Shown: positions 21,729 through 32,131, numbered from the stretch's first letter. The stretch: DNA of 64,000 bases from Candidatus Omnitrophota bacterium (GCA_028712255.1 JAQTQJ010000008.1:7773-71772); one strand, 5' to 3'. The notes: generated from the sequence alone by a model not told the origin. Translations and numbers: made by a program.

Positions 21729-22459
21729 AGTATGACGGCAGCCGTTATTACGGATGGCAGGAGCAGAATGGAAAGAACGCCAGTTACCAGGTAAACAAGA
21801 CTATTCAATATTCCCTAGAGAAAGTCCTCAAGCAAATCCTCCAGGAAGATGTTAAGCTTATTGTTGCTGGCCGTACAGATTCAGGCGTGCATGCGCTTGC
21901 TCAAGTAGCAAATTTTAAAAGTTCAACTAAAATGCCTCTTGATAGATTGCGCTGGGCTCTAAATTGCCTTCTACCTGAAGATATAAAGGTAACGCGGATT
22001 CAGTATGTAGACTTGGATTTCAACAGCCGATTTTGCGCTAAATCTAAAATTTACCGTTATACGGTTTTAAATCGGAAATATTCTTCACCTCTTTCGGCAG
22101 GAAAGGTATATTTTTTCCATTATCCTCTGGATGTGAGATTGATGCGTAGCGAAGCAAATGTTCTTCTTGGTAGGCATAATTTTAAATCTTTTCAGGCAAC
22201 TGAATTAAGACAGAGAAACCCTATACGCACAATTAAGAGTATCAAGATTGCTAAAGATAAGGATTTTTTATATATTGATATTGAGGCAGATAGTTTTTTG
22301 TATAATATGGTTAGAAACATTGCAGGTACTCTGCTAGAGATAGGTAGAGGGCGGTTCTCTGAAGGGAGTATGAGTAAAATATTGAAATCACGTAAACGTA
22401 GTTGTGCTGGGCCAACATTGCCGGCAAAGGGATTGTGTTTAGTTAGAGTAAAATATTAA
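21704..22459 (+). CDS. truA: tRNA pseudouridine(38-40) synthase TruA
   Basis: 251 aa; LQIEYDGSRYYGWQ and GRTDSGVHA catalytic Asp motif; overlaps asd end by 25 nt. Confidence 0.88.
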   Translation: MHNFKLQIEYDGSRYYGWQEQNGKNASYQVNKTIQYSLEKVLKQILQEDVKLIVAGRTDSGVHALAQVANFKSSTKMPLDRLRWALNCLLPEDIKVTRIQYVDLDFNSRFCAKSKIYRYTVLNRKYSSPLSAGKVYFFHYPLDVRLMRSEANVLLGRHNFKSFQATELRQRNPIRTIKSIKIAKDKDFLYIDIEADSFLYNMVRNIAGTLLEIGRGRFSEGSMSKILKSRKRSCAGPTLPAKGLCLVRVKY

Positions 22460-22506
22460 TAAAAATTATTTGACTTTATTTATTATTCTGCTATAATCAT
22501 TTTTCT

Positions 22507-22944
22507 ATGAAAAAGACATATATTGCTAAACCAGAAGACATTAAAATGAAGTGGTATATTGCCGATGCCAAGGGCCAGACGCTTGGAAGATTAGCAGCCA
22601 GGATTGCCACTATCTTAAGAGGTAAGCACAAGCCGATTTTTACTCCTCATTTAGATACCGGTGATGGTGTGATTGTGATTAATGCTGCTTTGATTAAGGT
22701 GACCGGACGTAAACTTAAACAGAAAGTTTACCGTAGGTACTCAGGTTACCCCGGCGGCCAGCGTGAAGTAACATTAGAGGTGCTTTTAGCTAAGAAACCT
22801 ACCACAGTTATGCATTTAGCTGTTGAGAGGATGCTTCCCCATGGACCATTGGGAAGGGACTTGATTAAAAAATTAAGAGTTTTTGCTGATGATAAACATA
22901 ATTTAACAGGCGTAAAACCGGTTGTTTTGGAGGCTAAAAAATAA
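22507..22944 (+). CDS. rplM: 50S ribosomal protein L13
   Basis: 145 aa; KTYIAKPED..KWYIADA N-terminus. Confidence 0.92.
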   Translation: MKKTYIAKPEDIKMKWYIADAKGQTLGRLAARIATILRGKHKPIFTPHLDTGDGVIVINAALIKVTGRKLKQKVYRRYSGYPGGQREVTLEVLLAKKPTTVMHLAVERMLPHGPLGRDLIKKLRVFADDKHNLTGVKPVVLEAKK

Positions 22945-23340
22945 ATGAGTGATTCTGTTAAATATATTGCTTTAGGTAGGCGTAAGGAATCAACTGCCAG
23001 AGTACGTATGGAGCCAGGAACAGGCTTGATTACGGTTAATGGCAGGTCTTTTGAGAAATATTTCTTACGTGAGACAGATAGGATTATTGTCTTGCAACCT
23101 TTGGCACTTACTGAGACTAAGGCTAAATTTGATGTTGCAGCTAGGCTTAGTGGAGGCGGAATGACCGGCCAAGCAGGTGCTTTACGCTTAGGTATTGCCC
23201 GAGCGCTTTTAAATGCAGATGAAAGTTTTAAGGCTATTTTTCGCAAAAACGGATATTTAACACGCGATCCGCGCATGAAGGAACGCAAGAAATACGGACA
23301 GAAAGGCGCACGTAAACGCTTCCAGTGGACAAAGAGATAA
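22945..23340 (+). CDS. rpsI: 30S ribosomal protein S9
   Basis: 131 aa; [12 protein letters not shown] start and [16 protein letters not shown] end. Confidence 0.92.
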   Translation: MSDSVKYIALGRRKESTARVRMEPGTGLITVNGRSFEKYFLRETDRIIVLQPLALTETKAKFDVAARLSGGGMTGQAGALRLGIARALLNADESFKAIFRKNGYLTRDPRMKERKKYGQKGARKRFQWTKR

Positions 23341-23380
23341 ATGCAGATTTAAGACTAAGATTTAAGAACTAACAAAAAAG

Positions 23381-23409
23381 ATCCCGCTGATGAAGCGGGA
23401 TTTTTTTTG
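23381..23409 (+). terminator. rho-independent terminator ATCCCGCtgatgaaGCGGGAT + T8
   Basis: seen after rpsI stop. Confidence 0.75.
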
Positions 23410-23442
23410 TTTTTTTGTTTTCGAAACAGTTTTCAATAAAAA

Positions 23443-23886
23443 GTGACAGCTTTAAATCAATCAGCTATTGGAACATTGGTCGAACGTAAAACGCGCTTAA
23501 CCCTATTGGTTAAGCTAATTAAAAAAGATGCCCTTACCGTGCGAGAAGCTTTTAGCGCAAAATTTAACAATCTACCTAAACATCTTAAGAAATCGCTGAC
23601 GTATGACCAGGGCCAAGAAATGGCAGAGCATCAACAATTTACCCAAGAAACAAGCATATTAGTTTATTTTGCTCATCCTCACTCTCCTTGGGAGCGAGGA
23701 ACCAGCGAAAATACAAACATGTTAGTTCGAGACTTTTTTCCCAAAGGGACGGATTTTTCAAAGATCTCAGAAAACAAGCTTCAAGAAGTTCAAAATATGC
23801 TTAATGACAGGCCTCGAAAAGTTTTAGACTGGTATACACCAAATGAGGCCTTTAGTAAATCTGTTGCGCTAGAAACTAGAATGTAA
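23443..23886 (+). pseudogene. IS30-family transposase, C-terminal fragment only (truncated remnant)
   Basis: 147 aa matching the IS30 DDE integrase core from TLVERKTR.. through HSPWERGTSENTNMLVRDFFPKGTDFS..LNDRPRKVLDWYTP; N-terminal HTH and first catalytic Asp region absent; GTG start. Confidence 0.7.
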
Positions 23887-24004
23887 GCAGTCACCTTTAT
23901 TCGGGCTGAATTTTACGTTCCGTCGAGAAAAAACCTTGACGGGAGTTTGATTTTATTCTAATATAATAGAAAATAAGCCTATTGCTGGTACTTATGGAGA
24001 TAAA

Positions 24005-25039
24005 ATGGTTATTAATGTTGGAATAATCGGAGCAACCGGGCATACCGGAGAAATTTTAATTGAACTTTTACTTTGCCACCCCAATGTTAGGATTACACAT
24101 CTTTACAATAGTGGGAAAAACGGCCAAAGTGTTTGTATTATTTCCGATGTTTTTCCGAAATTTAAGAAGAGGTTAGATTTGGTTTGTGGCAAGCCGGATT
24201 TTAATCAGATAAAAAATGATTGCGATCTGGTCTTTTTGGCTCTGCCGCATACAGTATCTATGAAATTTGCGCCTAAACTATTGAAGCTGGGCAAGAAAGT
24301 TATCGACTTAAGTGCTGATTATAGAATAAAGAATCCGTCGGTATATGAGAAAGCTTATAAAGTAACGCATCTGGATAAGGCTAATCTCAAAGAAGCAATT
24401 TATGGTCTGCCTGAATTAAACCGGGCTAAGATTAAAACTGCTAGGCTCTTGGCAAATCCGGGATGTTATCCAACTTCTGCAATCCTTGGGCTTGCTCCAT
24501 TATTGGCAGTATGCTTCGTGGATACAGATTCAATTATTATTGATGCTAAGTCCGGAGTAAGCGGTGCAGGAAAAAAGGTAGAAAAAGAATATTTATTTTC
24601 CGAGATTCAGGGAGATTTTCGGGCCTATAAAGTTAATGTGCATCAGCATTCACCAGAAATAAACCAGAGCCTTTCTAAGATATCCGGAAAAAAGATCGAA
24701 GCGGTATTTGTGCCGCATTTATTGCCTATTGAGCGGGGAATTCTTTCAACGATTTACCTTAAGAAAGTTCAGGGTGCTAAGCTTAAGGTAAAGAATATAG
24801 TAGAATTATATAAGAAATTTTATAAGAATGAACCTTTTATTCGCATCAAGCCGGATGGTGTTTTTCCTAGAATCAAGGACGTGGTAAAGACCAATTTCTG
24901 TGATATTGGGGTAAAAGATTTTGGCTCAACCATCATTGTTATTTGTGCTATCGACAATTTATTAAAAGGCGCATCAGCTCAGGCTGTACAAAATATGAAT
25001 ATCATGTATAAGCTGCCAGAAACAGCAGGATTATTATGA
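24005..25039 (+). CDS. argC: N-acetyl-gamma-glutamyl-phosphate reductase
   Basis: 344 aa; IIGATGHTGEIL Rossmann, NPGCYPTS active-site Cys. Confidence 0.9.
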   Translation: MVINVGIIGATGHTGEILIELLLCHPNVRITHLYNSGKNGQSVCIISDVFPKFKKRLDLVCGKPDFNQIKNDCDLVFLALPHTVSMKFAPKLLKLGKKVIDLSADYRIKNPSVYEKAYKVTHLDKANLKEAIYGLPELNRAKIKTARLLANPGCYPTSAILGLAPLLAVCFVDTDSIIIDAKSGVSGAGKKVEKEYLFSEIQGDFRAYKVNVHQHSPEINQSLSKISGKKIEAVFVPHLLPIERGILSTIYLKKVQGAKLKVKNIVELYKKFYKNEPFIRIKPDGVFPRIKDVVKTNFCDIGVKDFGSTIIVICAIDNLLKGASAQAVQNMNIMYKLPETAGLL

Positions 25040-26172
25040 AAAAGATTTCAAAAGCAATTCTGCCGGCAGGTTTTAAGGCAAACGGAATCTCCTGTGGATT
25101 AAAGAAATCAGGCAAGTCTGATCTAGCCTTGATCTATTCAGCACTTCCCGCTGTAGCTAGCGCAAAATTTACAACTAACAGTATTATTGCTGCCCCTTTA
25201 ATAATCTGCAAAAAATATCTAAAATCAGCAAAAAAAATTCAGGCTGTTTTGATTAATAGTGGTAATGCCAATTGTTTTACCGGTAAAGTGGGAATTAAAG
25301 ATGCTCAAGCTTCTTGTGAATTTGTTGCGAGGAAATTAAAAATCGCAGAAACGAGCGTTCTGGTTAATTCTACGGGAATTATTGGTAAGAGATTAAATAT
25401 AGGAAAAATTAAACGGGGTATTCCTGAACTAGTTAGTGGATTATCTGTTTCTGGGATACATAAAGCAGAACTTGCGATTATGACCACGGATACTTTCGCT
25501 AAAGAAATAAGCTTGAATTTGCATATTGGAAGTAAGTTGGTGCATATCTGTGCTATAGCCAAGGGTGCGGGTATGATTGCTCCGAATATGGCGACTATGC
25601 TTTGTTTTATTATGACTGATGCCGCAATTAGTAAGCAGGTCCTAGATAAAGCACTGGGTAGGGCCGTAGAAAAAACATTTAACTGTATTTCTGTTGATGG
25701 ATGCATGAGCACTAATGATATGGTTTTAGTTTTAGCTAATGGGGCTGCTGGGAATAGAAGTATTTCCAGAGGCAAGGACCTGCAAGACTTTTCTAAGGCC
25801 CTGGAGTTTATTTGCCTGAAGCTGGCCAAGATGATAGTTTTGGATGCTGAAGGCGCTACTAAATTTATTCAGATTGATGTCTGTCAGGCAAAAAATTGGC
25901 AGGAAGCAAAAAGGGCAGCTTTGAGTATTGCAAACTCCGCGCTTTTTAAAACTACTGTTTTTGGCCAGAATCCTAATTTCGGCAGGGTAGCTGCGGCAGT
26001 TGGAGCAAGTGGGGCCGGAATTAAAGAAGGACAGTTAAAAATAAAATTAGGTTCATTAAAAACAAAGTTTGTAAGATTACAGGTGAGTTTATCCAGTGGC
26101 AAAGCCAGTTGTACGGTTTTTACCTCTGATCTTAGCCCTGAATATATAAAAATAAACGCCGCATATAACTAA
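25036..26172 (+). CDS. argJ: bifunctional glutamate N-acetyltransferase/ornithine acetyltransferase
   Basis: 378 aa; self-cleavage site ATML (MATMLCFIMTDA). Confidence 0.9.
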   Translation: MKKISKAILPAGFKANGISCGLKKSGKSDLALIYSALPAVASAKFTTNSIIAAPLIICKKYLKSAKKIQAVLINSGNANCFTGKVGIKDAQASCEFVARKLKIAETSVLVNSTGIIGKRLNIGKIKRGIPELVSGLSVSGIHKAELAIMTTDTFAKEISLNLHIGSKLVHICAIAKGAGMIAPNMATMLCFIMTDAAISKQVLDKALGRAVEKTFNCISVDGCMSTNDMVLVLANGAAGNRSISRGKDLQDFSKALEFICLKLAKMIVLDAEGATKFIQIDVCQAKNWQEAKRAALSIANSALFKTTVFGQNPNFGRVAAAVGASGAGIKEGQLKIKLGSLKTKFVRLQVSLSSGKASCTVFTSDLSPEYIKINAAYN

Positions 26173-26271
26173 TCATTCGGCGCTAATAGGTGCCCGGCGT
26201 AAAAGGTATGCGCCGGCATGCGCTTGTGCGCTAATTGCGCCGGTGTTGTGTTCATGCACAAGAAAGGTATT

Positions 26272-27126
26272 ATGGAAGACGCTATCAGAAAAGCAGATGT
26301 TTTAATCGAAGCATTGCCTTACATAAAGAGGTTCCACAAAAAAGTAATTGTTATCAAATATGGCGGAAGTATTCTAGGAGATGAAAAAATCCGCACTGGT
26401 GTCCTGGAGGATATTGTTTTTTTGAATTTTATGGGTTTGCGCCCCATCCTTGTACATGGAGGAGGTCCGAATATCAGTGACCGGATGCGTGCCACCGGTA
26501 AGAAAACCGAGTTTGTTGAGGGGATGAGGGTTACCGATGAGGAAACGTTAAAATTAGTGGAAGAAGAATTATTGGTTTTAAATAAATTGATCGTAAAAGA
26601 GCTCAATGAGTTGGGGGTGAAGGCTGTGGGCTTAAATGGTAAGGATGATGATTTGATTCAGGTTGAAAAAAAGAAAACTAAAGTAGATATTGGTTTAGTT
26701 GGCCAAATTAAAGGTGTTAACGTGCAACTGTTGAATGAGGAGCTCAAAAAAGACAAAATTGCCGTAATTCTGCCTATGGGGCATGGAAAAGACAAGAAAA
26801 CCTATAATGTTAATGCGGATGAGGTTGCTGCTAGCATTGCTTCAGATATGCAGGCAGAAAAATTTGTTTTGTTGACTAATGTTAAAGGGATTATGCGCAA
26901 TGCCGATGACCCGCATTCTTTTATCTCTACTTTAACGGTTGATGAAGTAAACGGATTAATTGACAATAAGATTATTCAGCAAGGAATGATTCCTAAAGTT
27001 ACTGCTTGCGTAGAAGCATTAAAAGGCGGGGTGAAGAAGACTCATATTATCGATGCGCGTACGCCGCATGCTTTGCTTTTAGAGATTTTTACTGACCAGG
27101 GTATCGGAACTGAGATAATAAGATAA
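26272..27126 (+). CDS. argB: acetylglutamate kinase
   Basis: EALPYIKRF..VIKYGGS N-terminus typical of ArgB begins at Met 26272; track ORF start 26218 lies in GC-rich palindromic intergenic segment and is probably not used. Confidence 0.85.
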   Translation: MEDAIRKADVLIEALPYIKRFHKKVIVIKYGGSILGDEKIRTGVLEDIVFLNFMGLRPILVHGGGPNISDRMRATGKKTEFVEGMRVTDEETLKLVEEELLVLNKLIVKELNELGVKAVGLNGKDDDLIQVEKKKTKVDIGLVGQIKGVNVQLLNEELKKDKIAVILPMGHGKDKKTYNVNADEVAASIASDMQAEKFVLLTNVKGIMRNADDPHSFISTLTVDEVNGLIDNKIIQQGMIPKVTACVEALKGGVKKTHIIDARTPHALLLEIFTDQGIGTEIIR

Positions 27127-27196
27127 GCGTTAAAAGAGCGTAAGCTTTAAGTTGTAAGTGATAAGTTTGCAACTTTTTTAAAGTCTATATTACAAA

Positions 27197-28372
27197 ATGA
27201 AAATCGAAGAGATATTTCAAACATATGAAGATAATATAATGCCTACCTATAACAAGGTGCCGCTTATATTTGTTAAGGGGAAAGGTTCCAAGCTTTGGGA
27301 TATTCATGGGAAGCTGTATCTGGATTTTTTTCCGGGTTGGGGAGTAGGTAATTTAGGGCACTGCCATCCTAAAGTTATGCAGGGAGTTAGGGATCAAATC
27401 AGTAAATTGATATTTATACCGAATAATTACTATCATCCTTTTCAGGCAAAGTTGGCTAAAGAATTAATTTTTCAGAGTTTTCCAGGTAAAGTATTCTTCG
27501 CAAACTCCGGAGCAGAGGCAAATGAAGGGGCGATTAAATTAGCCAGAAAATTCGGACAGGGAAGATATGAAATAATTACTTTTGAGAATGCTTTTCATGG
27601 CAGGACATTGGCTGCTTTAGCTGCTACCGGCCAGAAGAAATACCAGAATGGTTTTGAGCCTATGCCGGAAGGCTTTAAGCAGGTTAAGTTTAATGATATA
27701 AAGGCAGTTAAACAGGCACTGACAGATAAAACTTGTGCTATTATGCTTGAGCTTATCCAGGGTGAGGGTGGGATAAATGTTGCTGAGAAAGATTTTGTTT
27801 TATCACTTAGGAAAATATGCGATGAAAAAAAATTACTTTTGATTATCGATGAGGTGCAAACCGGCGTAGGCAGGACAGGTAAGATGTTCTGCTATCAGAA
27901 TTATGGTGTAACTCCTGATGTAATGACTTTAGCCAAAGCTTTAGGTGGAGGTTTGCCTATCGGAGTAATGATAGCCAAGAAAGAGCCGGCTGATTTACTA
28001 GTTTCTGGTATGCATGCTTCTACCTTTGGAGGAGGCCCGGTAATTTGTAGGGCAGCCTTAGGGGTTTTTAAAGCTATGCAGGAGGATAAGATTCTGAAGA
28101 ATTGCCAGAATATGGGCAAGTATATTTTAGAAAGATTGAACTTATTAAAAATGAAGTATCTAGTGATTAAGAAAATAAAAGGTATGGGATTAATGCTGGG
28201 TATGGAATTAGATATGGACGGTAAACAGATTGTAGATAAATGCATAGAGAAGGGGTTATTGATTAATTGCACCCATGGTAAGGTTCTAAGATTGATGCCG
28301 GCGTTGAATATAACAAAAAAAGAGATAGACAAAGCGTTAGAAATTTTAGAAAGAGTTTTAGCGGATGTTTAG
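27197..28372 (+). CDS. argD: acetylornithine aminotransferase
   Basis: 391 aa; class III PLP aminotransferase, DEVQTGVGRTG Lys-region. Confidence 0.88.
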   Translation: MKIEEIFQTYEDNIMPTYNKVPLIFVKGKGSKLWDIHGKLYLDFFPGWGVGNLGHCHPKVMQGVRDQISKLIFIPNNYYHPFQAKLAKELIFQSFPGKVFFANSGAEANEGAIKLARKFGQGRYEIITFENAFHGRTLAALAATGQKKYQNGFEPMPEGFKQVKFNDIKAVKQALTDKTCAIMLELIQGEGGINVAEKDFVLSLRKICDEKKLLLIIDEVQTGVGRTGKMFCYQNYGVTPDVMTLAKALGGGLPIGVMIAKKEPADLLVSGMHASTFGGGPVICRAALGVFKAMQEDKILKNCQNMGKYILERLNLLKMKYLVIKKIKGMGLMLGMELDMDGKQIVDKCIEKGLLINCTHGKVLRLMPALNITKKEIDKALEILERVLADV

Positions 28373-28409
28373 TTAGCATTAACTCGCGCATAACTCAAAA
28401 AGGATTAAA

Positions 28410-29339
28410 ATGAAAAAAGACCTGCTTTCAATCAGAGATTTAACGGGCGAGCAGATTGATTCTATTTTTAAACTTTCCAGCCTGCTTAAAAAGAATAAGA
28501 AGAAATTTAGTAAGGTTTTATTTGGTAAAACCTTAGTTTTGATTTTTCAGAAACCATCTAATAGGACAAGAGTTTCTTTTGAAGTGGGTATGTATCAGTT
28601 GGGAGGAAATTCCTTATACTTGTCGCCAAGTGAAATTAATATCGGAGTAAGAGAAAGTGTAAAGGATGTTGCTAAAACCATCTCTCGCTATGTCAATGGG
28701 ATTGTTCTAAGAACTTTTGAGCACAAAAATTGTTTAGATATGGCGCTTGCGGCGACGGTTCCGGTTATAAATGGGTTATCGGATTTCTCTCATCCATGTC
28801 AGGGTTTGGCCGACGTTTTTACGATCAAGGAAAAATTAAAAAGCTTAAAAAATATTACTTTAGCTTATATTGGCGATGGTAATAATGTTTGTAACTCTTT
28901 GCTTTTTGCAGCCAGTAAATGCGGGATGAATATTACAATTGGTGCGCCAAATGGCTATTTTCCAAGTGAGCAGGTAGTTGAGTGTTCAAAGGAGATTGCG
29001 CAGGAGACAGGCAGTAAAATAAAGGTTACGCAGGATCCGGTTGAGGCGGTAAAAGGTGCGCAAGTTGTTTATACCGATGTTTGGGCCAGTATGGGGCAGG
29101 AGGAAGAGGTTGCCAAAAGAAAAATTATCTTTAAGGATTTTCAAATTAATGCTAAACTTTTATCCTTTGCTGCGCCGGGAGCTTTAGTGATGCATTGTTT
29201 ACCTGCGCATAGAGGCGAAGAGATAACTGATGAGGTTATGGATAGTAAGAATTCGATTGTCTTTGATCAGGCTGAAAATAGAATGCACGTACAGAAGGCA
29301 ATATTAATTAAGCTTTTAAAAGGAGCTAAATCTAAATAA
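28410..29339 (+). CDS. argF: ornithine carbamoyltransferase
   Basis: 309 aa; SNRTRVSFE carbamoyl-P motif, HCLP ornithine motif. Confidence 0.9.
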   Translation: MKKDLLSIRDLTGEQIDSIFKLSSLLKKNKKKFSKVLFGKTLVLIFQKPSNRTRVSFEVGMYQLGGNSLYLSPSEINIGVRESVKDVAKTISRYVNGIVLRTFEHKNCLDMALAATVPVINGLSDFSHPCQGLADVFTIKEKLKSLKNITLAYIGDGNNVCNSLLFAASKCGMNITIGAPNGYFPSEQVVECSKEIAQETGSKIKVTQDPVEAVKGAQVVYTDVWASMGQEEEVAKRKIIFKDFQINAKLLSFAAPGALVMHCLPAHRGEEITDEVMDSKNSIVFDQAENRMHVQKAILIKLLKGAKSK

Positions 29340-29340
29340 G

Positions 29341-29400
29341 ACTTAAGCCGTAAGCTATAAGCCGTAAGTTTTAAGCTTATAACTTACAGCTTACAACTTA
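29341..29400. repeat. TAAGCT-heptad imperfect hairpin (family iii)
   Basis: taagccgtaagctataagccgtaag tttt aagcttataacttacagcttacaactta between argF and argG. Confidence 0.6.
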
Positions 29401-29426
29401 TTTTAGGTTTAGAATTTAAGACAGCA

Positions 29427-30608
29427 ATGAAGAAAATAGTATTGGCTTATTCGGGTGGTTTAGATACCTCTTGTATTGTTAGATGGTTGAAAGAAAGAAG
29501 CTATGAGGTAGTGTGTTTTGTTGCAGATCTCGGTCAGGGTTTAGGCCAGGGAGAAGATTTTGAAGTAATTGAAAAACGGGCGCTGGCCGCAGGTGCATCT
29601 AAAGTTTATATTCGTGATCTTCAAGAGGAATTTATTCATGATTTTATAATTCCAGCTTTAAAGGCTAATGCAGTTTATGAAGGTAAATATCTTTTGGCTA
29701 CGGCTTTAGGCCGGCCATTGATTGCCAAATATCTGGTTCAGATTGCGCATAAAGAAAAAGCAAGCGCAATTGCTCATGGTTGCACAGGTAAAGGCAATGA
29801 TCAGGTAAGGCTTGAGGTTGCAGTAGGCATATTGGATTCGAAGCTAGAGATTATTGCACCGGTAAGAGAGTGGGAATTCAAATCGCGGGATGAAGAGATT
29901 GAATATGCCTTAAAATATAATATTCCGATCGATGTAACTAAAAAGAAGCCTTATAGCATTGATAGAAATCTTTGGGGAATAAGTATTGAAGCCGGTGTCT
30001 TGGAGAATCTCGAGCAGGAGCCTCCGGAAGACGCCTATATGATTACTAAGAGCCCGACGCATAACGCAAGCTATCCTAGGTATATTGGGATAACTTTTGC
30101 AAAGGGAGTACCCGTAAAGATTGATGGGAAAATTTTTAAAGCCAAAAACTTGATTACTTATCTTAATGAAGTAGGAGGGCAGTTCGGAGTAGGCAGAAGC
30201 GATATGGTTGAGAATAGGTTGGTAGGGATTAAATCCCGGGAGATTTATGAGGCGCCTGCTGCTACTATTCTTTATACCGCGCATAAAGAATTAGAGGCTT
30301 TAGTTTTAGATAGAGAGCTGGCACATTTTAAAGAAATGATTAGCCTTAAATATGCCGATTTGGTTTATTATGGGCTGTGGTTTTCTGCTCTAAAAGATGC
30401 ATTGGATGGTTTTGTGGATAAGACGCAAAAGTTAGTAAGCGGTACGATTAAATTAAAATTGTCTAAAGGTTCTTGTGTTGTAGTGGGGCGAAAATCAAAT
30501 AATTCACTATATAAGAAAGAATTAAGTACATACGGTAAAGAAGATAAATTTGACCAAAAGTTAGCCGAAGGTTTTATTAAACTTTGGGGCATGCCTTATA
30601 AGAGGTAA
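29427..30608 (+). CDS. argG: argininosuccinate synthase
   Basis: 393 aa; AYSGGLDTS PP-loop. Confidence 0.92.
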   Translation: MKKIVLAYSGGLDTSCIVRWLKERSYEVVCFVADLGQGLGQGEDFEVIEKRALAAGASKVYIRDLQEEFIHDFIIPALKANAVYEGKYLLATALGRPLIAKYLVQIAHKEKASAIAHGCTGKGNDQVRLEVAVGILDSKLEIIAPVREWEFKSRDEEIEYALKYNIPIDVTKKKPYSIDRNLWGISIEAGVLENLEQEPPEDAYMITKSPTHNASYPRYIGITFAKGVPVKIDGKIFKAKNLITYLNEVGGQFGVGRSDMVENRLVGIKSREIYEAPAATILYTAHKELEALVLDRELAHFKEMISLKYADLVYYGLWFSALKDALDGFVDKTQKLVSGTIKLKLSKGSCVVVGRKSNNSLYKKELSTYGKEDKFDQKLAEGFIKLWGMPYKR

Positions 30609-30621
30609 TGAAAGTTTTTTC

Positions 30622-30703
30622 CGTCATCCTGAGCCCGGAGGGCGAAGGATCTAGATTCTTCGTCACCCGCCACTGAATCAATGGCGGGTTCCTCAGAATG
30701 ACG
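30622..30703. repeat. GC-rich MITE-like element family ii copy B (inverted relative to copy A)
   Basis: CGTCATCCTGAG..GAAGGATCTAGATTCTTC..CCCGCCActgaatcaaTGGCGGG..CTCAGAATGACG between argG and argH. Confidence 0.8.
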
Positions 30704-30737
30704 AAATTATAAAGAGAGGATACAGGGGGGGATAAGA

Positions 30738-32123
30738 ATGTCCAAGAAACTTTGGGGAACAAGGTTTGGCAAGAAAACCAACATACTTACTGATAAGTTT
30801 ACTTCATCGATAGCATTTGATAAAAGATTAGCCAAGTATGATATCTTAGGCAGTATTGCCCATGCCAAAATGCTGGGTAAGCAAAAAATTATTCCCCTAA
30901 AAGATAGTCAGCAGATTGTTAGGGGCCTGAATGTGTTACTTAAAGACGTAATCAGCGGTAAATTTAAATTTGATCCAGATGCCGAGGATATTCATTCGAA
31001 TATTCAGGAGTTATTAGTTAAGAAAGTTGGTGATTCGGCGCATAAATTACATACTGCCCGTTCTCGCAATGACCAGATTGCTCTGGATATAAAGATGTAT
31101 TTAAAAAGCGAAGTTGATGATCTGGTTGAGTATATTAGGGAGTTGCAGAAATCCATATTGAAACTTGCTGAATCGAATTCGTTCGTGGTAATTCCCGGAT
31201 ATACGCATCTACAGGTTGCCCAGCCAGTATTATTGGGTCACCATTTATTATGCTATATCGAAGGGCTAGAAAGAGATAAAGACAGGATTTTGGATGCTAA
31301 GAAAAGAATAGATGTAATGCCTTTGGGAGCTTGTGCGTTTTCCGGAACAGGCTTGCCTATTGACCGGGAGTTTGTTAGAAAAGAACTTGGGTTTAGTACT
31401 ATAACTGCCAATAGTATTGATAGCGTTAGCGACAGGGATTTTATCCTTGAGGTGCTTGCCCAACTTACGATACTTTCTGTTCATTTATCACGCATTGCCG
31501 AGGATTTGATACTCTGGAGTACGAAAGAATTTAATTTTATCGATATCGATTTTTCTTTCTGTACTGGATCCAGTATCATGCCGCATAAAAAGAATCCGGA
31601 TATTCTGGAGCTAATCCGGGGCTCGGTCGGTAAAATTCACGGAGATCTTTCCAGTGTCATGATTTTGATGAAGGGGCTGCCTTCATCTTATAACCGGGAT
31701 TTACAGATGGATAAACCTCCGCTTTTTGATGCTGTGGATACGGTTAAAGATATCTTAGAGATTCTTGCAGTGCTTTTCCAAAATATTGTAATCGAGAAAG
31801 AGGCGATTGCTTGCAAGGTGCAGGATGAATCTTTATTTTCCGTTGATATCGTCGAATACCTGATTGCTAAGGGTATCTCCTATAGAAAATCGCATGATAT
31901 CGTTGGGCTAATGGTTAGGGATTGCCTGGATAAAGGCAAAAAAATATCAAGTTTATCTAATAGTGAATTGAAGAAATATTCAGAAAAGTTAGCTCCTGAT
32001 GTCAGAAATATCCTGAATGCCTGGGATTCGGTAAACCGAAAAACTTCCTTTGGTAGTACGAATCCTAAGTTGGTAGCTAAGCAGTTATATAAATGGGAAA
32101 AAGAATTTACCAAGAATAGATAA
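30738..32123 (+). CDS. argH: argininosuccinate lyase
   Basis: 461 aa; fumarate-lyase signature GSSIMPHKKNPD. Confidence 0.92.
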   Translation: MSKKLWGTRFGKKTNILTDKFTSSIAFDKRLAKYDILGSIAHAKMLGKQKIIPLKDSQQIVRGLNVLLKDVISGKFKFDPDAEDIHSNIQELLVKKVGDSAHKLHTARSRNDQIALDIKMYLKSEVDDLVEYIRELQKSILKLAESNSFVVIPGYTHLQVAQPVLLGHHLLCYIEGLERDKDRILDAKKRIDVMPLGACAFSGTGLPIDREFVRKELGFSTITANSIDSVSDRDFILEVLAQLTILSVHLSRIAEDLILWSTKEFNFIDIDFSFCTGSSIMPHKKNPDILELIRGSVGKIHGDLSSVMILMKGLPSSYNRDLQMDKPPLFDAVDTVKDILEILAVLFQNIVIEKEAIACKVQDESLFSVDIVEYLIAKGISYRKSHDIVGLMVRDCLDKGKKISSLSNSELKKYSEKLAPDVRNILNAWDSVNRKTSFGSTNPKLVAKQLYKWEKEFTKNR

Positions 32124-32131
32124 AAAATAAT

